From a virus, in the IMG/VR virus record IMGVR_UViG_3300027841_000073, positions 9,713 to 73,712 of that record: DNA of 64,000 nucleotides; one strand, written 5' to 3'. Shown in pieces: positions 44,610 through 52,707 of this stretch (position 1 is the first letter of the stretch; each line of letters opens with the position of its first letter). A program made the translations under genes and the position numbers. The notes below the pieces were generated by a model that did no database searches, was not told the origin of the DNA, and was given only the letters and a program-made list of their open reading frames with translations.

Positions 44610-46237
44610 GTTTTGTATAGATATCGCCTGTTGGCCTTTTGGAATAAATAATCGTAATTGTTTACCAGTATGGGTTCCATTGGCATTAGTGCGCCGCAGG
44701 ATACTTTTTCGTGTATCCTGAATTTCTTGATTTCATAAGAGCTATGCAGTTTTACTTTGAATATTAAATCGTGTTTTTCCATATATTCTTCATCTGGTAG
44801 AAAAAATCTTCTATTGAGTAGCATTTTAACAGTTTGGTAATACTTAGTCTTTACTACTCCCGATATGGATAACCCATCCAGATTTAAAGCCGTAATGCAA
44901 AACCACGATTCTACATCATAAAATTTAAACTCATTCTGTAATTTACACGCTATGGTCTGCATTTCTTTGAAGTTTTTATATCGTACATGTAGCTTGAAAA
45001 CCGTATTGTAATGTTTTAACCATTTTACTTTTTTATTACCTACTAATTTAAAAAGAGATTTATGTTTTTCCCAAACTGTCTTTTTAAGTATCATATTTAT
45101 GCTACTGGTATTCAATGTTTTCGTATTACCTACTAATCGTCTAATTACTTCTAACATGCCTAATCGCTTTAAATTCTTGAACATGTATTTATTGGGAAAG
45201 TGTTTTTTAATACGACAATTCAAATGAGTATATTCCACGGTCATATAGCGTAGATTTCTTGGGTTATCAGGTAGGAATATACTCAAAACATAATTTTTGA
45301 AAATAAAGTAGTTTTTGTAATTATCATTTTCAAAGAAAGCATCGAAGTATAAAGCCCCTTCTTTACCTTGATGTTTATCCGTATGATAAACGAGTATGGC
45401 CGCATTACATTTGAAATGTAGTTTCTCACTTTTAAGTAGGTGTTTAAAACCCTCAATTTGACCACAAAATTTATCCCCTTGAAATTTGAAAGTAATTCTA
45501 CTTCTTGGAAAGAATAATTCTTCATTGTTTAATTGATTTATGATTTCTTTTGGTATTTTACTATGTATGAAATCCGTATTTACTCTTAATCCATAATACA
45601 TAAATTTGCATCGTGGCGAAGTAGGTATTTCAAAATTACTCTTATATAAATTCAAAATTACTTTTTCATTATTCCAAAGGTCTTTACGGTCAACATTATA
45701 TTCTTTCGCTATTGGTTTACCAAAGTAGCCTGTCTGGTATTCGATATTCGGTATGGAATGATAGCTGTAATGGATTCGATACTTTTTTCTACCCAATTTG
45801 AATTTTAATTGATCCGTAAATTCAAATATCTCTTTAGGGGAAGAAAATATGTAACAATGAAAATGGTAACGCTTATCCTGTCCTACATCCCTGTATAAAA
45901 AGTAAGTATTAACTACGGGATAAATTTCTCTCATTTTTCTTTCAATTCTATTTTGAATCTTGATTGCCTTTTTGTCAGTTTTGGGTTTCGGTAAATAAAC
46001 AATGGAAAGTAGGTAATTGAATACCCCTCTTGATTTTCGCATCGTTTTATTTACTGTATACATTTGAAAGTAAGTTTCTTGTTTGTCCCATATAAAAGGT
46101 ATTCTTATGTAATCAAATTTCCTTTTAATGGGAAGTAAATCAAGAGTATCTACTAAACAATCGTCAATCCATGTACGCGGATCAGATTCATCCGCTATTC
46201 CCCTGTACTTTTCATTAAAACGTATCATATTTCCCAC
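44606..46237 (-). CDS. Hypothetical protein with HUH-like motif
   Basis: RYHFHCYIF and a later YFGK; function is a weak inference. Confidence 0.5.
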   Translation of the reverse strand: MGNMIRFNEKYRGIADESDPRTWIDDCLVDTLDLLPIKRKFDYIRIPFIWDKQETYFQMYTVNKTMRKSRGVFNYLLSIVYLPKPKTDKKAIKIQNRIERKMREIYPVVNTYFLYRDVGQDKRYHFHCYIFSSPKEIFEFTDQLKFKLGRKKYRIHYSYHSIPNIEYQTGYFGKPIAKEYNVDRKDLWNNEKVILNLYKSNFEIPTSPRCKFMYYGLRVNTDFIHSKIPKEIINQLNNEELFFPRSRITFKFQGDKFCGQIEGFKHLLKSEKLHFKCNAAILVYHTDKHQGKEGALYFDAFFENDNYKNYFIFKNYVLSIFLPDNPRNLRYMTVEYTHLNCRIKKHFPNKYMFKNLKRLGMLEVIRRLVGNTKTLNTSSINMILKKTVWEKHKSLFKLVGNKKVKWLKHYNTVFKLHVRYKNFKEMQTIACKLQNEFKFYDVESWFCITALNLDGLSISGVVKTKYYQTVKMLLNRRFFLPDEEYMEKHDLIFKVKLHSSYEIKKFRIHEKVSCGALMPMEPILVNNYDYLFQKANRRYLYKT

Positions 46238-46265
46238 CTTTCAAAATGAAAAACGCATAAAACCC

Positions 46266-46376
46266 TTAACACTTTTTCCATTTCTTCGATGCTACTAAGA
46301 ATTAAACCCTAAATTTCATATTGTCCCCGAATATCGAAGTAGTATGGTTTTTTCTTACTAGTTTTAAAAGTGTTAA
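46266..46376. repeat. Inverted pair of 11-mer AAAAGTGTTAA in the largest intergenic gap
   Basis: TTAACACTTTT at 46266 and AAAAGTGTTAA at 46366; at least 7 more copies between 41.9 and 56.2 kb. Confidence 0.6.
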
Positions 46377-46559
46377 AAACATATATGCCAGAAACGATTA
46401 AAAACGATTATCCCTATATATGTTATAAACATAAAAAACCGAAAGGGACACCGTATATATTATATCCACATTAGTTGTTAGAGGGAGGAGAGAGGTAGTC
46501 TGTATCGCCCATCGAAAAAAAATCAAAATAATTACTTTAGTAGAAAGGATACTAATTTT

Positions 46560-47072
46560 ATGAATAGTAATGAAATGAAAACAAAAGTATTACACCATTA
46601 CCGATTCAAGAAACGCTACTTGTATATCGCTACTGAAGTAGGTAGTTTTAACAGCGACATACTTTTAGATAATGGTAAGGAAATTCTGGAAGTAGAGATT
46701 AAAAATAGTAGGCAGGACATACTAAATGAAAGTAAGAAAAAGAAACATATGATTTATAAAAATGGTAATAAATACATGCCGAATAAATTCTACTTCGGTA
46801 TCCCTGAAAATCTTTATCAAGTATGTTTAGATAATCTAATCAATTCTGATTACGGTATCATTATCATATATGATAAGGATTTTAGAATGACAAGAAAAGG
46901 CAAGACGGTTAGGAAAGAAAAATATGTTAAGGTTATAAAGAAAGCAAAAGTGTTAACTAAACTATATTCAGATACTTTGCATCATGATATTGTTATGCGA
47001 TGTAGTTCTGAATTAATCAGACTTAGAATGTTATTTGACAAACATTTAAGTAATTTAAAAAGGAGAAAGTAA
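46560..47072 (+). CDS. PD-(D/E)xK nuclease, MmcB-like
   Basis: TEV...SDIL...EVEIKNSRQD...PNKFYF. Confidence 0.7.
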   Translation: MNSNEMKTKVLHHYRFKKRYLYIATEVGSFNSDILLDNGKEILEVEIKNSRQDILNESKKKKHMIYKNGNKYMPNKFYFGIPENLYQVCLDNLINSDYGIIIIYDKDFRMTRKGKTVRKEKYVKVIKKAKVLTKLYSDTLHHDIVMRCSSELIRLRMLFDKHLSNLKRRK

Positions 47073-47635
47073 TGAATAAATTATCTGCAAACAATCCTAA
47101 TGAACTTATATCATTAATAGGTAATAAATTAAAAGAAAGTCAAGAACCTTATTCTTCGGAGAAAGCAATAAAGAAGTATAAAGAAAAACAACAACAAAAA
47201 AGAGATAATTTAAAAAATGGAAATGAATGTACTTGCAGTAAAAGAGATATTTATAATTCCAAAATCTATGATGATGAAGTAAGAGGGATTAATTCTTACA
47301 TGCTTTGTAATAATTGTAATGGTATAGTCTGGATTGAAAAAAAGAAAAAGGAATTTAATATTTGTTTAAATTGTTTCAGGCATTGTTGTGAAGTAACTAA
47401 ATGTAAGTATCTTACTAAAGAAATGGAATGTAGTATTTATGAAGAAAGGCCGGAAGCATGTAAACTTTTCCCTTTTTATTTTAATCCATATAAAGTAAAA
47501 GTAGAAGCATTACGTTCTTGTTGTCAATGGCAGTATTTTGAAAATGAGTATAACAAGTTATCAGAAGAAGATCGTAAAAAATTTGATGAAAGAGTAATTA
47601 ATCATATTAAAGAAATATTAAAAGAATTAGAATAA
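47072..47635 (+). CDS. YkgJ-family cysteine-cluster protein
   Basis: CxxC..CC, CKYL, CSIYEERPEACKLFPF. Confidence 0.8.
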   Translation: MNKLSANNPNELISLIGNKLKESQEPYSSEKAIKKYKEKQQQKRDNLKNGNECTCSKRDIYNSKIYDDEVRGINSYMLCNNCNGIVWIEKKKKEFNICLNCFRHCCEVTKCKYLTKEMECSIYEERPEACKLFPFYFNPYKVKVEALRSCCQWQYFENEYNKLSEEDRKKFDERVINHIKEILKELE

Positions 47636-47636
47636 T

Positions 47637-48125
47637 ATGATGAAAGTAGAAAAAATAAATAATTGTATATTTGATAAAAGTAAAAATTATCGTTATGTTT
47701 TAAAAAGTAGTATTAGTAACAATGAAAAAGTAATTTCTTTTATTGGTTTAAATCCTTCCATTGCCGATGAATATAAGGATGATAATACTGTTAGACGATG
47801 TAAGTATTTTGCGAAAAAATTTGATTTTGGACATATACATATGCTGAACATATTTTCAATTATTGGTACTGATCCAATTATTTTAAAAAGTGTTAATAGA
47901 AATAAAGTCATTGGCAAATTAAATGATTATTATATTGAAAAATATGTTAAGGAAAGCGATCTAATTGTTTTAGCTTGTGGCAATGGTGGATTGATTCATA
48001 ACAGGGTTTATGAAATACTGGAATTAATTAATAGTACAATTTATTGTTTTGGTACTACTAAAAATAATATGCCTAAACATCCTCTCTATTTAAAAAATAA
48101 TACTACTTTAAAAGTATTTCCTTAA
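47637..48125 (+). CDS. DUF1643 family protein
   Basis: YRY.L, FIGLNPS.AD...DD.TVRRC, PKHPLY. Confidence 0.85.
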   Translation: MMKVEKINNCIFDKSKNYRYVLKSSISNNEKVISFIGLNPSIADEYKDDNTVRRCKYFAKKFDFGHIHMLNIFSIIGTDPIILKSVNRNKVIGKLNDYYIEKYVKESDLIVLACGNGGLIHNRVYEILELINSTIYCFGTTKNNMPKHPLYLKNNTTLKVFP

Positions 48126-48131
48126 AAAGGT

Positions 48132-48261
48132 TGCATTGTAAATTCATCTCACCGTGTTCCCAATCGGAAAGTTTACGGGTTACAATGCGTAAAAAAAATC
48201 CGTAAACCTCCATTCTCCTCTACGTTACAGGGTTTGGTAGGGTAATTGGGAAACACCCTGT
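48132..48261 (+). ncRNA. Putative double-pseudoknot structured RNA upstream of tRNA
   Basis: Five complementary helix pairs within 130 nt (see findings). Confidence 0.5.
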
Positions 48262-48274
48262 GTACTTTTTATGT

Positions 48275-48351
48275 GGACCTTTAGCTCAAATGGTTAGAGC
48301 GGCAGACTCATAATCTGAAGGTTTCAGGTTCAAGTCCTGAAAGGTCCACCA
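48275..48351 (+). tRNA. tRNA-Ile2 (CAT anticodon; Met not excluded)
   Basis: Cloverleaf with GGACCTT/AAGGTCC acceptor stem (as I recall for B. subtilis Ile2), CT-CAT-AA loop, GGTTCAAGTCC, encoded CCA. Confidence 0.9.
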
Positions 48352-48374
48352 TTTAAAAATAGAAAGGAGTAAAA

Positions 48375-48824
48375 ATGAATTTAACTTTGATGATAGGAAT
48401 TCCGGGATGCGGTAAAAGTACTTATGTAAATGAATATTTTTATGATACTCAAATTATATGTTTGGATGATATACGTTTGGCATTAGGTAGTATTTATGAC
48501 GATAAAACAGAATTGTTTGCAAGGGCAACGGCAAATACAATTATTAGAGCAAATATGTTAAGAGGAAATGATATAGTAGTGGATGCTACTAATTTACAAA
48601 TACCTATAATGGAAAACTATCGCAAAATGTGTAATGAATTTAATTATTGCATGTATGGTAGATTTTTTAATACTCCAAAAACCATATGTTATGAAAGGCG
48701 TGTTAAAAAAGGTTTTCCTGAAAATGTATTTTCGAGAATGTATGATGATTATGAAAAATTGTTAAAAGAGGATAGTTGGAAAAAATTATTCGATGAAATT
48801 CAAATTGCATTTACTCATTGCTGA
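48375..48824 (+). CDS. P-loop kinase (AAA_33 / polynucleotide kinase-like)
   Basis: GIPGCGKST, DDIR, VVDATN. Confidence 0.85.
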   Translation: MNLTLMIGIPGCGKSTYVNEYFYDTQIICLDDIRLALGSIYDDKTELFARATANTIIRANMLRGNDIVVDATNLQIPIMENYRKMCNEFNYCMYGRFFNTPKTICYERRVKKGFPENVFSRMYDDYEKLLKEDSWKKLFDEIQIAFTHC

Positions 48825-48835
48825 AAGGGAATAAA

Positions 48836-49384
48836 ATGTATATACCAAAATACATGTTTCTTACAAAAGGAGTAGGAGTAAATAAAGAAAAATTAGCATC
48901 GTTTGAAAACGCTCTTTACCATGCTAAAATTTCTCATTTGAATTTAGTACAAGTATCATCTATATTTCCACCGCATTGTTGCATATTACAAAAAGAAGAA
49001 GGATTGAAAAAATTACATGATGGAATGATTACGCATTGTGTAATGGCAAGGGAACAAACAAGTGAACATGATCGTAGAGTAGTAGCAAGTATTGGTTTAG
49101 CTTTACCGGCTGAAAAAGGTAAGTATGGTTATTTATCAGAACATCATGGATTTGGACAGACTGAAAAAGAAGCAGGGGATTATGCGGAAGATTTAGCGGC
49201 ATCTATGTTGGCTAATACTTTAGGGATAGAGTTTGACCCTGATAAGGATTATGATTCAAGACGTGAAATTTATGAAATGTCCGGCAAGATAGTAAATTCA
49301 GAAAGCATTTGTCAATCCTCTTTGGGTATAAAAAATATGTGGGTTACTGTTTTATCGGCGGCTATTTTTATAAAAGGAGAATAG
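48836..49384 (+). CDS. pdaD: Pyruvoyl-dependent arginine decarboxylase
   Basis: FLTKGVG, L.SFE.AL, NLVQVSSIFPP (Ser-Ser autocleavage site), YGYLSEHH. Confidence 0.9.
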   Translation: MYIPKYMFLTKGVGVNKEKLASFENALYHAKISHLNLVQVSSIFPPHCCILQKEEGLKKLHDGMITHCVMAREQTSEHDRRVVASIGLALPAEKGKYGYLSEHHGFGQTEKEAGDYAEDLAASMLANTLGIEFDPDKDYDSRREIYEMSGKIVNSESICQSSLGIKNMWVTVLSAAIFIKGE

Positions 49385-49386
49385 CA

Positions 49387-50127
49387 ATGAAAATAAAAAC
49401 TTTAAGAGACTTATATACTACAATTCCAACAGTTAAAGAACTTAGTAGAATTGTGTCTTTTAAAATGGGGGAACATGCAAACAATTGTTTCTGTTATGCG
49501 GGAAACATGGGTTCTCAATATTGTACTTTACAAACAAGAATGCTAATAGAGGCAATATCAATACCTTTGTGGAAAAGATTTCCTGAAAGAGTAGATAGAA
49601 GATTATCCATAGGGGATGGCTGTTCTTTTGATGGTACTACTGCTACTGGTCATGCTTCCCATGCAAGCGGTACTAAAGTAGATTTCAATTATTTTACTTT
49701 TAAATATAATCGTACTCAATATATACCTTATTGGATGGATCAATCAAGGTCTAAGGAAAAAGGTTATTCCATGTTTCAAAAAGAAATTATTCATATATGG
49801 AATAATCCACAAAAAGGTAGAAGTCTTATACAAGGTGTATTTGATTGGGAAAGAAATTTTTTCTTTTTTGCATGGGTAATAGAAGCACTTCCAACTACTA
49901 CTGTATTGGTTTCTAACGGAATTAAAAATGTGTTAAGGAATCAAGCATCAAAAAAATATCCTGAACTTTGGAATCAAATAGAAAAGAATATACAAGGGGA
50001 TGATAACCCGGATTGGAATCATCATTTACATTGTCATACAAATTTTGGTTCTCTTGATATTCCAAATGGAATAGAAATAGATTGGGATAAAAAACTTTCA
50101 TGGTTGACTACTTGTAAGGAAATTTAA
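49387..50127 (+). CDS. MepA-like (LAS/M74) murein endopeptidase
   Basis: IGD..S..G...GHASHASGTKVD...HHLHCH. Confidence 0.65.
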   Translation: MKIKTLRDLYTTIPTVKELSRIVSFKMGEHANNCFCYAGNMGSQYCTLQTRMLIEAISIPLWKRFPERVDRRLSIGDGCSFDGTTATGHASHASGTKVDFNYFTFKYNRTQYIPYWMDQSRSKEKGYSMFQKEIIHIWNNPQKGRSLIQGVFDWERNFFFFAWVIEALPTTTVLVSNGIKNVLRNQASKKYPELWNQIEKNIQGDDNPDWNHHLHCHTNFGSLDIPNGIEIDWDKKLSWLTTCKEI

Positions 50128-50162
50128 ACCTATTACCAGAAAAAGTATAAGGAGGTAGAAAA

Positions 50163-50522
50163 ATGAAACGTAATAGTGTATGTATTAGTAAGGGTATGTA
50201 TAAGTTTTTGAAAGACTATGGTATAAAAGTGTATTTTAAAAATCATGTTATAACAGAAACAGCAAACGAAAGGAGTTTAGTAACAGAATACAATTGGGAA
50301 TTTGAAAATGAAAGCATTGGTTCAATAATAAATCCTAAAGGTAAAGTCATTCATGTATTGAAAAAGTATAAATTAAGAAGTGGAAAATATGTTAAGGAAT
50401 TCATTCAAGGTAAAATAGAAAGTGAAGATTTGTATTTTATAGCATTAAAGTATGCTGATAATGGGGTTAGAGTAAAAGATTCTTTATGGAATAATGAAAA
50501 AATAAAATTTTTTGAAAGGTAA
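50163..50522 (+). CDS. Hypothetical protein
   Basis: AAGGAGG SD. Confidence 0.75.
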   Translation: MKRNSVCISKGMYKFLKDYGIKVYFKNHVITETANERSLVTEYNWEFENESIGSIINPKGKVIHVLKKYKLRSGKYVKEFIQGKIESEDLYFIALKYADNGVRVKDSLWNNEKIKFFER

Positions 50523-50681
50523 AATGTATGGCTATGAGTGAAGAAGTTAAAAAAATAGTTTATGATTGGCTTAATCCTACTAAAAAATGTAAAGAAGATT
50601 GTCATATTTTTAGATGGTATGGTACTGCTATTAACCAAAAACATGGTAAAGTAGTATGTTTATGTGGTAAGGAGGTTATAT

Positions 50682-50879
50682 ATGAAAACTAATGCCGCTG
50701 TTGTGGATCAAGAATTACATATTATAATGTTTAAAGTAGAGGATTCTTTAGCAGAAGGTATTGAACATTACAGGGCATCCGATAAAAAGTTTTTGGATAA
50801 TGTGATAGATGTAGTATCAGCTTTAATGGATGAAGGGGAAGTACTATTGGTACATTCTAAAAATGCTATAGATACTTAA
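50682..50879 (+). CDS. Hypothetical protein
   Basis: AAGGAGG SD before MKTNA. Confidence 0.7.
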   Translation: MKTNAAVVDQELHIIMFKVEDSLAEGIEHYRASDKKFLDNVIDVVSALMDEGEVLLVHSKNAIDT

Positions 50880-50888
50880 TGAGGTAGT

Positions 50889-51326
50889 ATGTTTAATAAA
50901 ATTAAAAATCTATTCAAAAAACCAGTAGCAAAAAAATGGAGGTATGAAGAAATGACAATGCGTGAAATGTCTGATTATGAATTATCACAAGTAGTAGGTC
51001 AAGCAGGTGGGTTATTTCTTACAGATTCATTTGGATTTACAGTAGGGGAAGAAGTAACCAATGAAGAATTGCGTAATCTTATAAATAGTAATCTGTCTGA
51101 ATTAAATAATTTAGGTAATCCAGTTGCTATATTAAATGTGTATATGGCAATGGCAAAAGTAATGAGTGCAGAACAGGTAAATGAATTTACTAAAATAATG
51201 ATAGAACAAATGTTCAAGGGGGCATTGCAGGAAATAAAAAATTTATGTGAGATAGCAGGCTTGAAAATGACAGTTCATAATTATAGTGTAAATGTAACGG
51301 GTAATTTTAAAGTGGAATTTCATTGA
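50889..51326 (+). CDS. Hypothetical protein
   Basis: GAGG SD, operonic. Confidence 0.75.
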   Translation: MFNKIKNLFKKPVAKKWRYEEMTMREMSDYELSQVVGQAGGLFLTDSFGFTVGEEVTNEELRNLINSNLSELNNLGNPVAILNVYMAMAKVMSAEQVNEFTKIMIEQMFKGALQEIKNLCEIAGLKMTVHNYSVNVTGNFKVEFH

Positions 51327-51538
51327 TGAATATAATTGAAGTAGTAGAAAATATAAAAGAGAATGATAAGATTAAACGTAATAAGTGGGGTAATAATTTT
51401 CTTAAAGCAAGAAAAGACCCTTACGGTGGTTTGTATTTTTTGATGTGTTCTACTGAAACATCTTATGAAACTTCTTATGCATTTAAAGTAGATGATCTCA
51501 TAGCTAATGATTGGGAGGTTATAAATGGAAATACTTAA
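51323..51538 (+). CDS. DUF2829-like small protein
   Basis: R.KW...DLIANDWEVI. Confidence 0.6.
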   Translation: MMNIIEVVENIKENDKIKRNKWGNNFLKARKDPYGGLYFLMCSTETSYETSYAFKVDDLIANDWEVINGNT

Positions 51539-51800
51539 CCATGATATATCCAAATTGAAGTTTCCCGCTGTTTTTAGAAAACCAATAGATGATGAAAAAG
51601 CTTTATTTAAAAGAGAGTATGTTGTAGAAGTATATGGTATTTTAATGGATAACGAATTAGAATATTGGGGATGTACTATTTTATTTATAAAAGTATTTAA
51701 TTATTTTAATGGTGTATGCCATTCAAATTCAATTATTGAAATGGTTACTTTGGATTATTTTAATAAAAATTTTAATGATTACATTTTAAAGGAGGTTTAA
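51525..51800 (+). CDS. Hypothetical protein
   Basis: GGAGG SD. Confidence 0.7.
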   Translation: MEILNHDISKLKFPAVFRKPIDDEKALFKREYVVEVYGILMDNELEYWGCTILFIKVFNYFNGVCHSNSIIEMVTLDYFNKNFNDYILKEV

Positions 51801-52136
51801 ATGGATGTTAAAGATGTAGTAGAAGATGAAAAAGGATTTGCGGGTAGAGTTTTGGAACAAAAAGAAAAAATGGAAAAACAAAAAGTGTTAATTGTAGGAG
51901 ATAATGCTATACCAGAAATTAAATCTGATATTGCTGTTATTACAGATGATGGAGTAATGGAAAGAAAAGAAATTGAAGAAAAAGCGAAAGAGATTGAAGT
52001 ACCAAATAAATTTGAATCACGAAAGCATAAGCCTACTTTTACAAAAAAATACGTAAGTAAGGATAAGAAAAAAACAAAGAAAAAGATATCAGTAGCAAGT
52101 AGAAATAAAAACAGAAAACTAAAAAAAGGTAAATAA
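51801..52136 (+). CDS. Hypothetical protein with basic C-terminus
   Basis: AAGGAGG SD. Confidence 0.75.
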   Translation: MDVKDVVEDEKGFAGRVLEQKEKMEKQKVLIVGDNAIPEIKSDIAVITDDGVMERKEIEEKAKEIEVPNKFESRKHKPTFTKKYVSKDKKKTKKKISVASRNKNRKLKKGK

Positions 52137-52137
52137 A

Positions 52138-52350
52138 ATGTGTGAAGATGATATAGTAAAGGAGGTAGTAAAGTTTAAATGCCAAAGAGCCTTAATTCTA
52201 AAATCATTGCGATTACAATTAGGGATTTCTGCATTTAGATTAGCAAAAAGAATTAATAAAAAAGTAATGGATATTTATAGGATTGAAGGTAGTAAATTAA
52301 TTACTGATGAAGAACTTGAAAAATTTTTAACTGGATTGAGATTGATTTAA
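52138..52350 (+). CDS. XRE-like helix-turn-helix protein
   Basis: LKSLR..LGIS...LAKRI......IYRIEG. Confidence 0.65.
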   Translation: MCEDDIVKEVVKFKCQRALILKSLRLQLGISAFRLAKRINKKVMDIYRIEGSKLITDEELEKFLTGLRLI

Positions 52351-52357
52351 ACTATGT

Positions 52358-52444
52358 GCGGAAGTGGCGGAATAGGCAGACGCAAGAGACTTAAAATCTC
52401 TCGGTCGTATGATCGTATGGGTTCAAGTCCCATCTTCCGCACCA
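52358..52444 (+). tRNA. tRNA-Leu (TAA)
   Basis: GCGGAAG/CTTCCGC acceptor stem, AGAGA-CTTAAAA-TCTCT anticodon arm, long variable arm, encoded CCA. Confidence 0.95.
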
Positions 52445-52474
52445 TTTTCAAATAAATATAAAAAGGAGAATAAC

Positions 52475-52702
52475 ATGAACGGTAGAATTTCAAAATTTTT
52501 GCGTAGACAAAATATTCCCGGAATAGTAATAGAGAAAAATTTATATCCTATTCATGGTCCTTTAGTAGAAAGTAATGAAGGATATTATTTTAAAAATTCA
52601 CCTTTTAGTTCTAACGTAGAAAAAATGCTTAGACGTTTTTGGACAACATTAAGCCCAAAACAAAAAAAGCAATTTAAAAAAGAAGTAGTGAAAGGAGAAT
52701 AA
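52475..52702 (+). CDS. Hypothetical protein
   Basis: AAGGAG SD before MNGRI; track start lies inside the tRNA. Confidence 0.7.
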   Translation: MNGRISKFLRRQNIPGIVIEKNLYPIHGPLVESNEGYYFKNSPFSSNVEKMLRRFWTTLSPKQKKQFKKEVVKGE

Positions 52703-52707
52703 ATATA

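Noticed and set aside
48132-48261. tmRNA or RNase P RNA
   Set aside because: Too short, with no tRNA-like termini, tag reading frame or RNase P consensus.
52409-52474. 5' extension of ORF 52409..52702
   Set aside because: It overlaps tRNA-Leu; the SD supports a start at 52475.
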